Positions 1-7,809 are shown, counted from the first letter of the stretch. The stretch: DNA of 14,186 bases from an uncultured cyanobacterium (GCA_963766075.1 CAVYAN010000115.1:1-14186), one strand, 5' to 3'. Numbers and translations: made by a program. Notes: a model not told the origin generated them from the letters alone.

Positions 1-542
1 TTCAGGTGATGAAAAAGTAGGTTACAACCTAGAATCCTAGCACCATAAAGCATAATATCCTTAAAGCTAACCATTTGGATAAAAATCTTTAACCCTGTTT
101 TTCCAGGGATTTGGAGCCCTATCACCACAAATTTCATAGCCAGGTTTGCCGAGGAAAATATTTGGGATTGGCTCAGTTCGCTCCTAAATTGCAGCCAAGG
201 GCCACAGCTTATGGGCTGAATTTGGACTGAATTCCTAACGGGCGTTAAAGATTGACCCCGAAGCTGCAAAATACGGAGAGACTCTAAAACTTTCTGTTTT
301 TCCTCAGAGTCTTTGGAGTACTTGGTTAGGGGTTTTTGGCCGGATTCCATGCGGAGCCAAAGCAAATTCTATAAATAATCTACGCAAATATCTATTGCCG
401 AAAGATTGCGCTTAAACTAGGGAAAAAGCGCTGCTATATCTGCTGGATTTAGGACTTTGAAATGCTCCACATGCTTTCTAAGCAAAACCAACTGATCGAA
501 TCCAAAGACTAGAAAGTGCTCCCTCAACTCAGGTCTGAGTGT

Positions 543-1616
543 ATGAAAGTTCGCTTTAATGTTTGGCGACAAACTCCATCAAGCTTGCCTCATCTGCAAG
601 CGTTTACCCTAGAGGTGGACGCTGGACAGACGATTTTGGATTGTCTGAATCAAATTAAATGGGAGCAAGACGGCAGCTTGGCATTTCGCAAAAATTGCCG
701 GAATACCATCTGTGGCAGTTGCTCCATGCGGATTAACGGGCGCGCTACCCTAGCCTGTAAAGAAAATATTGGCGGTGAGCTTGCCCGCCTGCAGCGGATT
801 GCGGCAACCCAAGCCGTTGGGAATGACGTGCCAGAGAGCATGCCAGAGAGCATGCCAGAAATGACGATCGCCCCCCTGGGCAACTTGCCCGTCATGAAAG
901 ATCTGATCGTAGACATGCAGAGTTTTTGGGATCAGCTAGAAGCCGTGGAGCCCTATGTCAGCAGCGCTGCCCGACAGATTGCCGATCGCGAATCGCTGCA
1001 AACGCCAGTAGAGCGGGCTCAATTGAATCAGGTGGGCAATTGTATTTTGTGTGGCGCATGTTATTCCGAATGCAATGCCTTGGAAATCAATCCAGACTTT
1101 GTGGGGCCCCATGCCTTGGCCAAGGTGCACCGCCTGCTGATGGATCCGCGGGATCAGTCTACCGAGGCGCGACTGGCGCAGGCCAACACGGGGACTGACG
1201 GGGTGTGGGGCTGCACCCGCTGCTCCTACTGCAATGCCGTGTGCCCCATGGATGTTGCGCCCTTGGATCAAATTAGCAAGATTAAGGGTGAAATTCTCCA
1301 CCGACCGAATGCGGGTCAGAGTCGTGCTATTCGGCACCGGCGGGCCTTGGTTGATTTGGTCAAGGGTGGGGGCTGGGTTGATGAGCGGTTGTTTGGTTTG
1401 CGGGTGGTGGGCAATAATTTTCGGGATCTGCCGGGATTGTTGAGCTTGATGCCTTTGGGCTGGCGGATGATCCGCACGGGCAAGTTTCCAGTAAGCTTTG
1501 AACGGTCGCTGGGAACGGCTCAGGTGAGATCGCTGATCGAAGCGGTGCAAACTCTGGATCCCGCTGAGCGGGTGGCCGACCCCGTGACCGATACTCCTGA
1601 ACCTGTAGGTGGATAA
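543..1616 (+). CDS. sdhB: Succinate dehydrogenase/fumarate reductase iron-sulfur subunit
   Basis: DGSLAFRKNCRNTICGSC...NG..TLAC [2Fe-2S] motif, PLGNLPVMKDLIVD, CILCGACYSEC and CTRCSYCNAVCP ferredoxin motifs. ATG at 543 (MKVRFNVWRQ) preferred over GTG at 516. Confidence 0.95.
   Translation: MKVRFNVWRQTPSSLPHLQAFTLEVDAGQTILDCLNQIKWEQDGSLAFRKNCRNTICGSCSMRINGRATLACKENIGGELARLQRIAATQAVGNDVPESMPESMPEMTIAPLGNLPVMKDLIVDMQSFWDQLEAVEPYVSSAARQIADRESLQTPVERAQLNQVGNCILCGACYSECNALEINPDFVGPHALAKVHRLLMDPRDQSTEARLAQANTGTDGVWGCTRCSYCNAVCPMDVAPLDQISKIKGEILHRPNAGQSRAIRHRRALVDLVKGGGWVDERLFGLRVVGNNFRDLPGLLSLMPLGWRMIRTGKFPVSFERSLGTAQVRSLIEAVQTLDPAERVADPVTDTPEPVGG
829..860 (+). repeat. 12-bp in-frame tandem repeat (TGCCAGAGAGCA x2.7) inside sdhB
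   Basis: 829-840 and 841-852 are identical and 853-860 is partial; encodes VPESMPESMPEM. Confidence 0.9.
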
Positions 1617-1618
1617 TT

Positions 1619-1819
1619 ATGGCCTCTGACCAGAACTCTGAACCAACCCTGAAATCACCCGTTACGCTGCCGGATAATCATCAACCCGAACCCGCCCTGG
1701 GCTGGACCCGCTATGCGGAGCAATTGAATGGCCGCTTTGCCATGCTGGGCTTTGTGGCGTTGATTGTCCTCGAATTTTTCACTCGGCAGGATTTCATTAC
1801 TTGGCTAGGACTCCGGTAA
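1619..1819 (+). CDS. hli: High-light-inducible protein (Hlip/SCP, one-helix CAB-like)
   Basis: GWTRYAEQLNGRFAMLGF contains the ExxNGRxAMxG chlorophyll-binding motif; single TM helix; 66 aa. Confidence 0.93.
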   Translation: MASDQNSEPTLKSPVTLPDNHQPEPALGWTRYAEQLNGRFAMLGFVALIVLEFFTRQDFITWLGLR

Positions 1820-1827
1820 GCCATTTG

Positions 1828-2346
1828 TCAGCGGGGATTATTAGAAATATTTAACGGTTGTCCTGAACGGTTGATGACTACGATGTCCCATTGGCCGTTC
1901 AGGCTGGTTTCGTAGGCGATGATGTTGCCGTCGGCGGTGATGGTGGGGTTGCGGACTTCGGCCTTGATGGTTTCAGTGAGGTTGCGGAGTTGGCGAGTGT
2001 CGCGATCGTAGAGATAAATGCCGGAACGGCCCTGGCGCACCCCGGTAAAGACGATAAATCGCCCGGTTTCGGAGACGGCGGGACTGGATGCCAACAAATC
2101 AATGGCGTTGAGTCCGGGGAGTTCGATTAAGTTGCGGACGACGGTGTCGTAGAGATAAATGTCTTGGTGGCCCCGGCGATCGGAGGCAAAGACAAGATAA
2201 CGTCCCGAGAGACGCGGCGTTAGTTCGGCGAAGGGGCTATTTAAGCTACGCCCGCCTGGATCGTAGGGAAACGTCACAAGTTGGGCTGTGCTGCACCCGC
2301 TGAGCAAGCCGAAACAGACAAGACTAATGATAAAACGCAGGTTCAA
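1828..2346 (-). CDS. TolB-like/PD40 beta-propeller lipoprotein (copy 1)
   Basis: Lipobox LSGC after a hydrophobic stretch; blades P.LSGRYLVFASDRRG..DIYLYD, PAVSETGRFIVF, PTITADGNIIAY. TTG start. Confidence 0.85.
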   Translation of the reverse strand: MNLRFIISLVCFGLLSGCSTAQLVTFPYDPGGRSLNSPFAELTPRLSGRYLVFASDRRGHQDIYLYDTVVRNLIELPGLNAIDLLASSPAVSETGRFIVFTGVRQGRSGIYLYDRDTRQLRNLTETIKAEVRNPTITADGNIIAYETSLNGQWDIVVINRSGQPLNISNNPR

Positions 2347-2418
2347 AGCGCAACTTTAAAAATTAGGTTAGGAAATCGGATACCGGGATTCAGAAGGATG
2401 AAGCTCGGACTGACCGAC

Positions 2419-2477
2419 GATTAGGTCTCCTAGGATTAGATTTCCCAGGATTAGACCTCTAAGATTAGAGCTAAAAG
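2419..2477. repeat. Degenerate 14-15-bp tandem repeat (GATTAG core x4)
   Basis: GATTAG at 2419, 2434, 2449 and 2463: GATTAGGTCTCCTAG/GATTAGATTTCCCAG/GATTAGACCTCTAA/GATTAGAGCTAAAAG. Confidence 0.75.
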
Positions 2478-2486
2478 TGGCGAGAT

Positions 2487-3038
2487 TTACAAGTCCGGGC
2501 GCGATCGCACAAAGTCCGGGCGATCAAGCTCAATATTGGCCCCTCGGTCCAGGACTTCAATATCCCACTGCCCCCGTACACTGGTTTGAAAGGTAACATA
2601 GCGCCCATCGGGACTAATGCTGGGACTGCGAACCCAGCCGCGATAGCCCGTGGTCAGGACTTGCACCTGCTGGGTGGCGCGATCGTACAGTTCAATTTCA
2701 GGACGGGCGCGATCGCTGGCCACATAGACAATATAACGTCCGGTGTAGCTGAGGCTGGGCATTTCGGCGATGGCATCCCGACGGTTAATCAAAGGCAGGT
2801 TCAAAAACTGCTGCTGTTGAATATCGAACACCGCAATGCCTCGACTGCCGTTACGGTTGGAAACAAAGGCCAAAAATCGCCCGTCGCCGCTCAGCGCGGG
2901 CTGCTCGTCGTTATAGCGGCTGTCTAACTCCTGAGGGCCGATGGGACCACTTGCAGGAGTACAGGCTGTGAGCAAACACAGCAGCGCTCCCGCCAGGCTT
3001 CCCTGTAATCCGCTTTGCCATGGCCTGCCCTTGGTCAT
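2487..3038 (-). CDS. TolB-like/PD40 beta-propeller lipoprotein (copy 2)
   Basis: Lipobox LTAC; blades PALSGDGRFLAFVSNRNG, PSLSYTGRYIVY, PSISPDGRYVTF. ATG at 3038 gives a normal signal-peptide length (ORF is open to 3092). Confidence 0.85.
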   Translation of the reverse strand: MTKGRPWQSGLQGSLAGALLCLLTACTPASGPIGPQELDSRYNDEQPALSGDGRFLAFVSNRNGSRGIAVFDIQQQQFLNLPLINRRDAIAEMPSLSYTGRYIVYVASDRARPEIELYDRATQQVQVLTTGYRGWVRSPSISPDGRYVTFQTSVRGQWDIEVLDRGANIELDRPDFVRSRPDL

Positions 3039-3156
3039 CTGCCACTCACTCGTTAGCCCCGGTTCAGCCAGGGCAATTTCCAAAAATGCCAATGAAAAAT
3101 ATCACCCCGGCTATCTTGCAGACAGAACACTACAGAGGCACCCAGCCTCAAACATA

Positions 3157-3182
3157 GCTCCCTTCGACTCCGCTCAGGGAGC
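3157..3182. repeat. REP-like short palindromic element GCTCCCT-TCGACTCCGCTC-AGGGAGC
   Basis: 7-bp inverted arms at 3157-3163 and 3176-3182. The core CCCTTCGACTCCGCTCAGGG resembles a dispersed intergenic repeat I recognise from cyanobacterial and other genomes. Confidence 0.6.
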
Positions 3183-3258
3183 ATCATACAAACCCAACAT
3201 TAGGGCGTACCGTAACTAAGGACCAAAATCAGATATAAACCCAGAAAATTAATTAGTC

Positions 3259-4062
3259 CTAGGAATCGCCCCAATTGTCGTCGTCCCCATTATCCACGGG
3301 ACGGTAATCGACGTATTCACTGGGTGCGGGGTCGTCCATACCGCGATCGCGCACTCGCGCCGGACCATCACTCGGGCGGGGCCTCCTGGGCTTCGCTCCT
3401 ACACCACCGTCGGGCCGGGGCGTTGATGATCCCCGCGTGCGACTAGGACGATCATCCCGAATATCTTCAATTCGACTGTCCGAGCCTCCCTCGGGATAGC
3501 CCGAAGTACTTCGGTCTGGGCGCGGGCGCGTTGTATTACCGCGTCGGGTAGCGCGATCGCTGCCCCGATCATCTAATCGAGCACGGGGAGACGTACGCCG
3601 TGCAGAGCGGCTATCCTCATCCTCAAACTCATCCCGATTCGAGCGGGCATCTCGCGTCCCAGAAATTCGGCGCGGGGTGCGCTTTTCATCGTAGGGGTTA
3701 AGCTCTTCGACATCCGATTCCTGATAGGTGGCCCGATAATTGCGGCTAACCGGACGCTCATCATCAACAATAGGCGTACTGCGACGAGCCTGCTCGGTGG
3801 CAGCGCCCCGCAGGCGAATCGCTTCAAAGGCAAAAAATATTGTGGAGCCGGTCAACATAAACTGCCCGAATTGCAGAATCGGGTCCTGTCGCCACCCCTG
3901 AAAGAACAAAATCCCCCCACAGAGCAAAGCCACTGCGGAAAAGAAAATGTCGTAGTCACGGGCTAACTTGGGGCGGAGCGATCGCAAAAAATACAGACCC
4001 GCCCCTGACACCGCCAAGGCTATGCCAACAAAGCTGCTCCAACTCAAGTAGGCGTTAACCAT
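3259..4062 (-). CDS. ycf66: Ycf66 family membrane protein
   Basis: N-terminal GLYFLRSLRPKLARDYDIFFSAVALLCGGILFFQGWRQDPILQFGQF is the Ycf66_N signature; long R/D-rich disordered tail ending SEYVDYRPV; AGGAGA RBS; follows psbX. Confidence 0.92.
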   Translation of the reverse strand: MVNAYLSWSSFVGIALAVSGAGLYFLRSLRPKLARDYDIFFSAVALLCGGILFFQGWRQDPILQFGQFMLTGSTIFFAFEAIRLRGAATEQARRSTPIVDDERPVSRNYRATYQESDVEELNPYDEKRTPRRISGTRDARSNRDEFEDEDSRSARRTSPRARLDDRGSDRATRRGNTTRPRPDRSTSGYPEGGSDSRIEDIRDDRPSRTRGSSTPRPDGGVGAKPRRPRPSDGPARVRDRGMDDPAPSEYVDYRPVDNGDDDNWGDS

Positions 4063-4256
4063 GCGTCATCTCTCCTAGGTACATCCTATGTTAGCGATCT
4101 GTTAGCCATCCGCGCTCAAAATCTCCAGCAATTTTGCGCGATCGCCCCGAACAAGTCGTGAGCGCCTGCGAGGCAGCGCTGACCCCTCGGGCCAGTTTTC
4201 ATTGCGAGTGCCCATTACAGAGCCTGATCCCTGTGCTCAGGATACCGCCGATCCAT

Positions 4257-4324
4257 AAAAAAACCTCAGCCACCCGGAGCGATCGAGTTGGATAACTCAG
4301 TCAAGCGCCCTAGCATGAGGTTTT
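4257..4324 (-). terminator. Long imperfect hairpin plus U7 downstream of psbX (putative intrinsic terminator)
   Basis: Minus strand AAAACCTCA-TGCTA-GGGCG...GAGTT-ATCC-AACTC...CGCTC..TGGC-TGAGGTTTTTTT; A7 at 4257-4263 on +. Confidence 0.6.
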
Positions 4325-4430
4325 AAATTTCATAAAGATTTTTCAGCAAACAAGAACTGTCGGAAACGACCGCATCCACGTCGTGGGAAAAGCCAAGGCA
4401 TTTCGGCTCCTGGCATCCACCCACTAGGAA

Positions 4431-4550
4431 TTAACCGCGCTGAACTTTATCCTTTTGGCTAACAAAGATAAGACCAATGGTGGCCGGAACCAGGACAATT
4501 ACCAAACCGGCAACGAGGCTGAGCATGAAGTTCATTAAAGATGGAGTCAT
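4431..4550 (-). CDS. psbX: Photosystem II reaction center X protein
   Basis: Translated by hand: [39 protein letters not shown] (39 aa), typical PsbX. AAGGA RBS upstream. Too short for the ORF track. Confidence 0.96.
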   Translation of the reverse strand: MTPSLMNFMLSLVAGLVIVLVPATIGLIFVSQKDKVQRG

Positions 4551-4781
4551 GGATTCCTTGGTTTTTTGATATAACGACACAATCGATCACTTCTCATAAT
4601 TTTAGAGGTCTGTTACACCAATTGAGAAGCCATTTTGGAAAAGTTCTTTCCCTTCAAGGAGGAAATCTACAAACGGGGTAGGGCTTCCAATCATAAAAGG
4701 GCGGGATGAGCGGACCTAGCAAAACAGGATGCCGCAGGGGATAATATTTTTCTCTCCGCGTTTTCTTCTCAGTTTTTTTCC

Positions 4782-4818
4782 CAGACTTTCCTCTAAGCCT
4801 CTCAGATTTTCCTCTAAG
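4782..4818. repeat. 16-bp direct repeat with 21-bp period in the psbX/yggT divergent region
   Basis: CAGACTTTCCTCTAAG (4782-4797) and CAGATTTTCCTCTAAG (4803-4818), one mismatch. Confidence 0.75.
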
Positions 4819-4905
4819 ATTGAGACAGAGAAGTCATTGAACATGACGGGAAACCGCTTCGTGAGATATTTTTCTGGATTGTACTTTAGTTTTGGTAACG
4901 CTCCT

Positions 4906-5190
4906 ATGGATGCTCTGGCGATCGCCTCCTGGACCCTTGGTCCTCTGCTGGCAGTGATGACGTTTCTCTTCATCATCCGCATCGTCCTGACCTGGTACCC
5001 CCAGGTGGACCCCACCCGCTTTCCCTTCAATGTGGTGATCCTGCCGACGGAGCCCTTTCTAATTCCGAGTCGCAAATTGATCCAGCCCCTAGGCGGCGTG
5101 GATATCACACCGATCCTCTGGGTGGGAATCTTAAGCTTAGTTCGGGAAGTGCTACTGGGTCAGCAAGGTCTGCTAAGAATGATGCTGTAG
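4906..5190 (+). CDS. yggT: YggT/YlmG (Ycf19) family membrane protein
   Basis: FIIRIVLTWYPQVD..RFPFNVVILPTEPFLIPSRKLIQPLGGVDITPILW is the YGGT signature. ATG at 4906 gives 94 aa; the upstream extension to 4729 looks non-coding. Confidence 0.9.
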   Translation: MDALAIASWTLGPLLAVMTFLFIIRIVLTWYPQVDPTRFPFNVVILPTEPFLIPSRKLIQPLGGVDITPILWVGILSLVREVLLGQQGLLRMML

Positions 5191-5241
5191 CAACATTCTT
5201 TCTCATTAGAGCAGTGGAATTAATTGAGACAGGAGTAAACA

Positions 5242-5279
5242 GAAGATCCCCGGCATTTTTAAAAATGCCGGGGATCTTC
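5242..5279. repeat. Perfect 38-bp palindrome between convergent genes (possible bidirectional terminator or dispersed repeat)
   Basis: GAAGATCCCCGGCATTTTT|AAAAATGCCGGGGATCTTC, 19-bp arms with no spacer. Confidence 0.9.
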
Positions 5280-5307
5280 ATATACAGTTTAACCATGCTT
5301 ACCGACT

Positions 5308-5342
5308 GAGATCGGCCAGAGAAATTTTATCCGGCCGATCTC
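5308..5342. terminator. Second hairpin (10-bp perfect arms) in the convergent intergenic region
   Basis: GAGATCGGCC (5308-5317) pairs with GGCCGATCTC (5333-5342); lies 19 nt past the stop of the 5362-5805 gene; no clear U-tract. Confidence 0.5.
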
Positions 5343-5361
5343 TGGCCCTTCGCTTCTGGCT

Positions 5362-5805
5362 TCAGGATTCGGGTTGAAATAGTTGCGAGATTTCGGCATG
5401 CATGAAGGCAATATCTGGATCGCGCTGAATGGCTTGGTGATAGCGCTGTGCAGAAAGAGAGCCTTGTTCTCCGGGCGTCAAGAGTTTCTCGGCATCGGCT
5501 AGGAGATGATGGGCATCGCCCAAGGTCATGGGTTCTTTAGCCGCGACAGCCTCATCAATTTGGACAATGAACTGCGACATCGGTCGCAACCAGTCAAACC
5601 ACTCGTGCCCAATTACCAACTGAAAAAACGCGCTGTTATTGGCAATCCGTCCGTGGATCTGTTCATAGGTGGCACGCTCAGATTCTAGCAACGCCTTGTG
5701 AAGACGCAACAGTAACCGACGGACTTCACGCAACCGTTTAAAGGCTTGCTCGGGGGGAAACGGCCCCGGGGAAACGGGCTCGGGAGGAAATGGAGAGATC
5801 GCCAT
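5362..5805 (-). CDS. Conserved hypothetical alpha-helical protein
   Basis: 147-aa ORF with LLRLHKALLESERATYEQIHGRI...FFQLVIGHEWFDWLRPMSQFIVQIDE, a motif pattern of an uncharacterised bacterial family; Pro-rich N-terminus. Confidence 0.8.
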   Translation of the reverse strand: MAISPFPPEPVSPGPFPPEQAFKRLREVRRLLLRLHKALLESERATYEQIHGRIANNSAFFQLVIGHEWFDWLRPMSQFIVQIDEAVAAKEPMTLGDAHHLLADAEKLLTPGEQGSLSAQRYHQAIQRDPDIAFMHAEISQLFQPES

Positions 5806-5913
5806 CGGACAACTCGGCTCAAAGAGATTCGGGATTATCCTATTCTAAACTGCGGCGGGTACCCGCCCTAGGGCCGGGATACCCCACCCACCGCCCATCA
5901 AAACACCCACTTT

Positions 5914-5950
5914 TAGAAGAGGAAATACCGCTAGAAGAGGAAATACCGCT
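5914..5950. repeat. Perfect 18-bp tandem duplication spanning the ureC stop codon
   Basis: TAGAAGAGGAAATACCGC at 5914-5931 and 5932-5949. Confidence 0.95.
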
Positions 5951-7640
5951 GGGCCATGGGCAATTCCGTAGCAGGTTCGCAGGTCAGCAGTTCTCCATCG
6001 GCCCGGACTTCGTAGGTTTCAGCATCAACTTCCATGCGGGGCATGGCGTCATTCAGTTTCATGTGGCGCTTGGTTAAGTCGCGAATACCGGACACGGCCA
6101 CCGCTTTTTTCTGGAGGCCAATCTTGTGGGGGATGTCTTTTTTGAGAGCGGCCTTGGACATAAAGGTCAGGGAAGTGGCAGCGATCGCCCCGCCGAAACT
6201 GCCAAACATAGGGCGCATGTGCACCGGCTGTGGCGTGGGAATACTGGCATTCGCATCGCCCATTTGGGCCCAAGCAATCATGCCGCCTTTAATCACCGTT
6301 TCAGGCTTGACGCCAAACATCGCCGGTCGCCACAGGCACAGATCCGCCAGTTTGCCGACTTCCACAGACCCCACGTAATTGGCGATCCCGTGGGTAATGG
6401 CGGGATTAATCGTGTATTTGGCGATGTAGCGTTTGGCCCGGAAGTTATCGTTACGGGCCGAATCCTGAGGCAGGGGGCCACGCTGCACTTTCATTTTGTG
6501 TCCCGTTTGCCAGGTGCGGGTAATGACTTCGCCAATCCGGCCCATGGCCTGGGAGTCCGAAGACAGCATGCTGAAGGCTCCTAGGTCGTGCAGGATATCT
6601 TCGGCGGCAATGGTTTCGCGGCGAATGCGGGACTCTGCAAAGGCGACATCTTCGGGAATGCTGGGACTGAGGTGGTGGCAAACCATCAGCATATCCAAGT
6701 GTTCGTCGAGGGTGTTGACGGTATAGGGCCGAGTGGGATTGGTGGAAGATGGCAAGACATTCGCTTCGCCACAGACTTTAATGATGTCGGGCGCGTGTCC
6801 GCCTCCGGCCCCTTCGGTGTGGTAGGTGTGGATCACCCGATTTTTGAAGGCGGCGATGGTGTTTTCGACAAATCCGGCTTCATTCAAGGTGTCGGTGTGA
6901 ATGGCAACCTGAATATCGTACTCATCGGCAACGCCCAGGCAAGTGTCAATATTGGCAGGAGTGGTGCCCCAGTCTTCATGCAGCTTAAGGCCAATCACGC
7001 CCGCTTCGACTTGTTCTTCCAAGGCGGCGGGTTGGGCCGAGTTGCCTTTGCCCGAAAAACCGATGTTCATGGGGAAGGCGTCGGCGGCTTGTAACATGCG
7101 GTAGATGTTCCACGGGCCGGGGGTGCAGGTGGTGGCGTAGGTGCCGGCAGCAGGGCCAGTGCCGCCGCCGATCATGGTGGTGATGCCAGAGGCGATCGCC
7201 ACATCAATCTGCTGGGGGCAAATAAAGTGAATGTGCGTATCAACGCCGCCTGCGGTGAGAATCATGCCTTCCCCCGCAATCACCTCGGTGCCGGGACCAA
7301 TGATGATAGTCACATTGTCCTGGACGTAGGGATTACCGGCTTTGCCAATGGCGGCAATCTTGCCCTGCTTGATGCCAATATCGGCTTTGACAATGCCCCA
7401 CCAATCCAGAATCAGCGCGTTGGTAATCACGGCATCTACGGCCCCGTCGGCATTGGTAATCGGGGATTGTCCCATGCCATCGCGGATGACTTTGCCTCCG
7501 CCAAATTTGACTTCATCGCCGTAGGTGGTAAAGTCTTGCTCGACTTCGATGATCAGTTCGGTGTCGGCAAGCCGAACGCGATCGCCCACCGTGGGGCCAA
7601 AGGTTTCCGCATAGGCGCGGCGTGACATGCGATAGCTCAT
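5931..7640 (-). CDS. ureC: Urease subunit alpha
   Basis: Starts [27 protein letters not shown]; Ni-site motifs [29 protein letters not shown], flap [17 protein letters not shown]; ends QRYFLF. 569 aa from ATG 7640 with GAGGA RBS. Confidence 0.98.
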   Translation of the reverse strand: MSYRMSRRAYAETFGPTVGDRVRLADTELIIEVEQDFTTYGDEVKFGGGKVIRDGMGQSPITNADGAVDAVITNALILDWWGIVKADIGIKQGKIAAIGKAGNPYVQDNVTIIIGPGTEVIAGEGMILTAGGVDTHIHFICPQQIDVAIASGITTMIGGGTGPAAGTYATTCTPGPWNIYRMLQAADAFPMNIGFSGKGNSAQPAALEEQVEAGVIGLKLHEDWGTTPANIDTCLGVADEYDIQVAIHTDTLNEAGFVENTIAAFKNRVIHTYHTEGAGGGHAPDIIKVCGEANVLPSSTNPTRPYTVNTLDEHLDMLMVCHHLSPSIPEDVAFAESRIRRETIAAEDILHDLGAFSMLSSDSQAMGRIGEVITRTWQTGHKMKVQRGPLPQDSARNDNFRAKRYIAKYTINPAITHGIANYVGSVEVGKLADLCLWRPAMFGVKPETVIKGGMIAWAQMGDANASIPTPQPVHMRPMFGSFGGAIAATSLTFMSKAALKKDIPHKIGLQKKAVAVSGIRDLTKRHMKLNDAMPRMEVDAETYEVRADGELLTCEPATELPMAQRYFLF

Positions 7641-7809
7641 GGTCCAGTCTTCCTCAATGGCTTCAGCTTGAAATCGGTTGGCCCCAATCAATTTGGCTGG
7701 GGAGGGCTGCCGAGTCTGCGGCAGTAGTGGTCTGGGATTTCCCTTCGGCTCCCCAGAGTACCCTTCGGCCACCCCCTAGATCGTCAAACGTGACACCGAA
7801 TTTAAGATT

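Noticed and set aside
1..2500. Absence of perfect HIP1 sites in the first 2.5 kb as a sign of foreign origin
   Set aside because: The genes are typical cyanobacterial core genes and several one-mismatch HIP1 variants are present.
4716..4905. N-terminal extension of YggT and the antisense 130-aa ORF
   Set aside because: Low-complexity pyrimidine-rich spacer; YggT homology starts near ATG 4906.
5790..6077. Plus-strand ORF containing [13 protein letters not shown]
   Set aside because: It is only the antisense reading of the 18-bp ureC duplication.
7641..7772. 44-aa N-terminal extension of UreC in the ORF track
   Set aside because: The conserved UreC start and an RBS are at ATG 7640; the extension runs through repeat-containing spacer.
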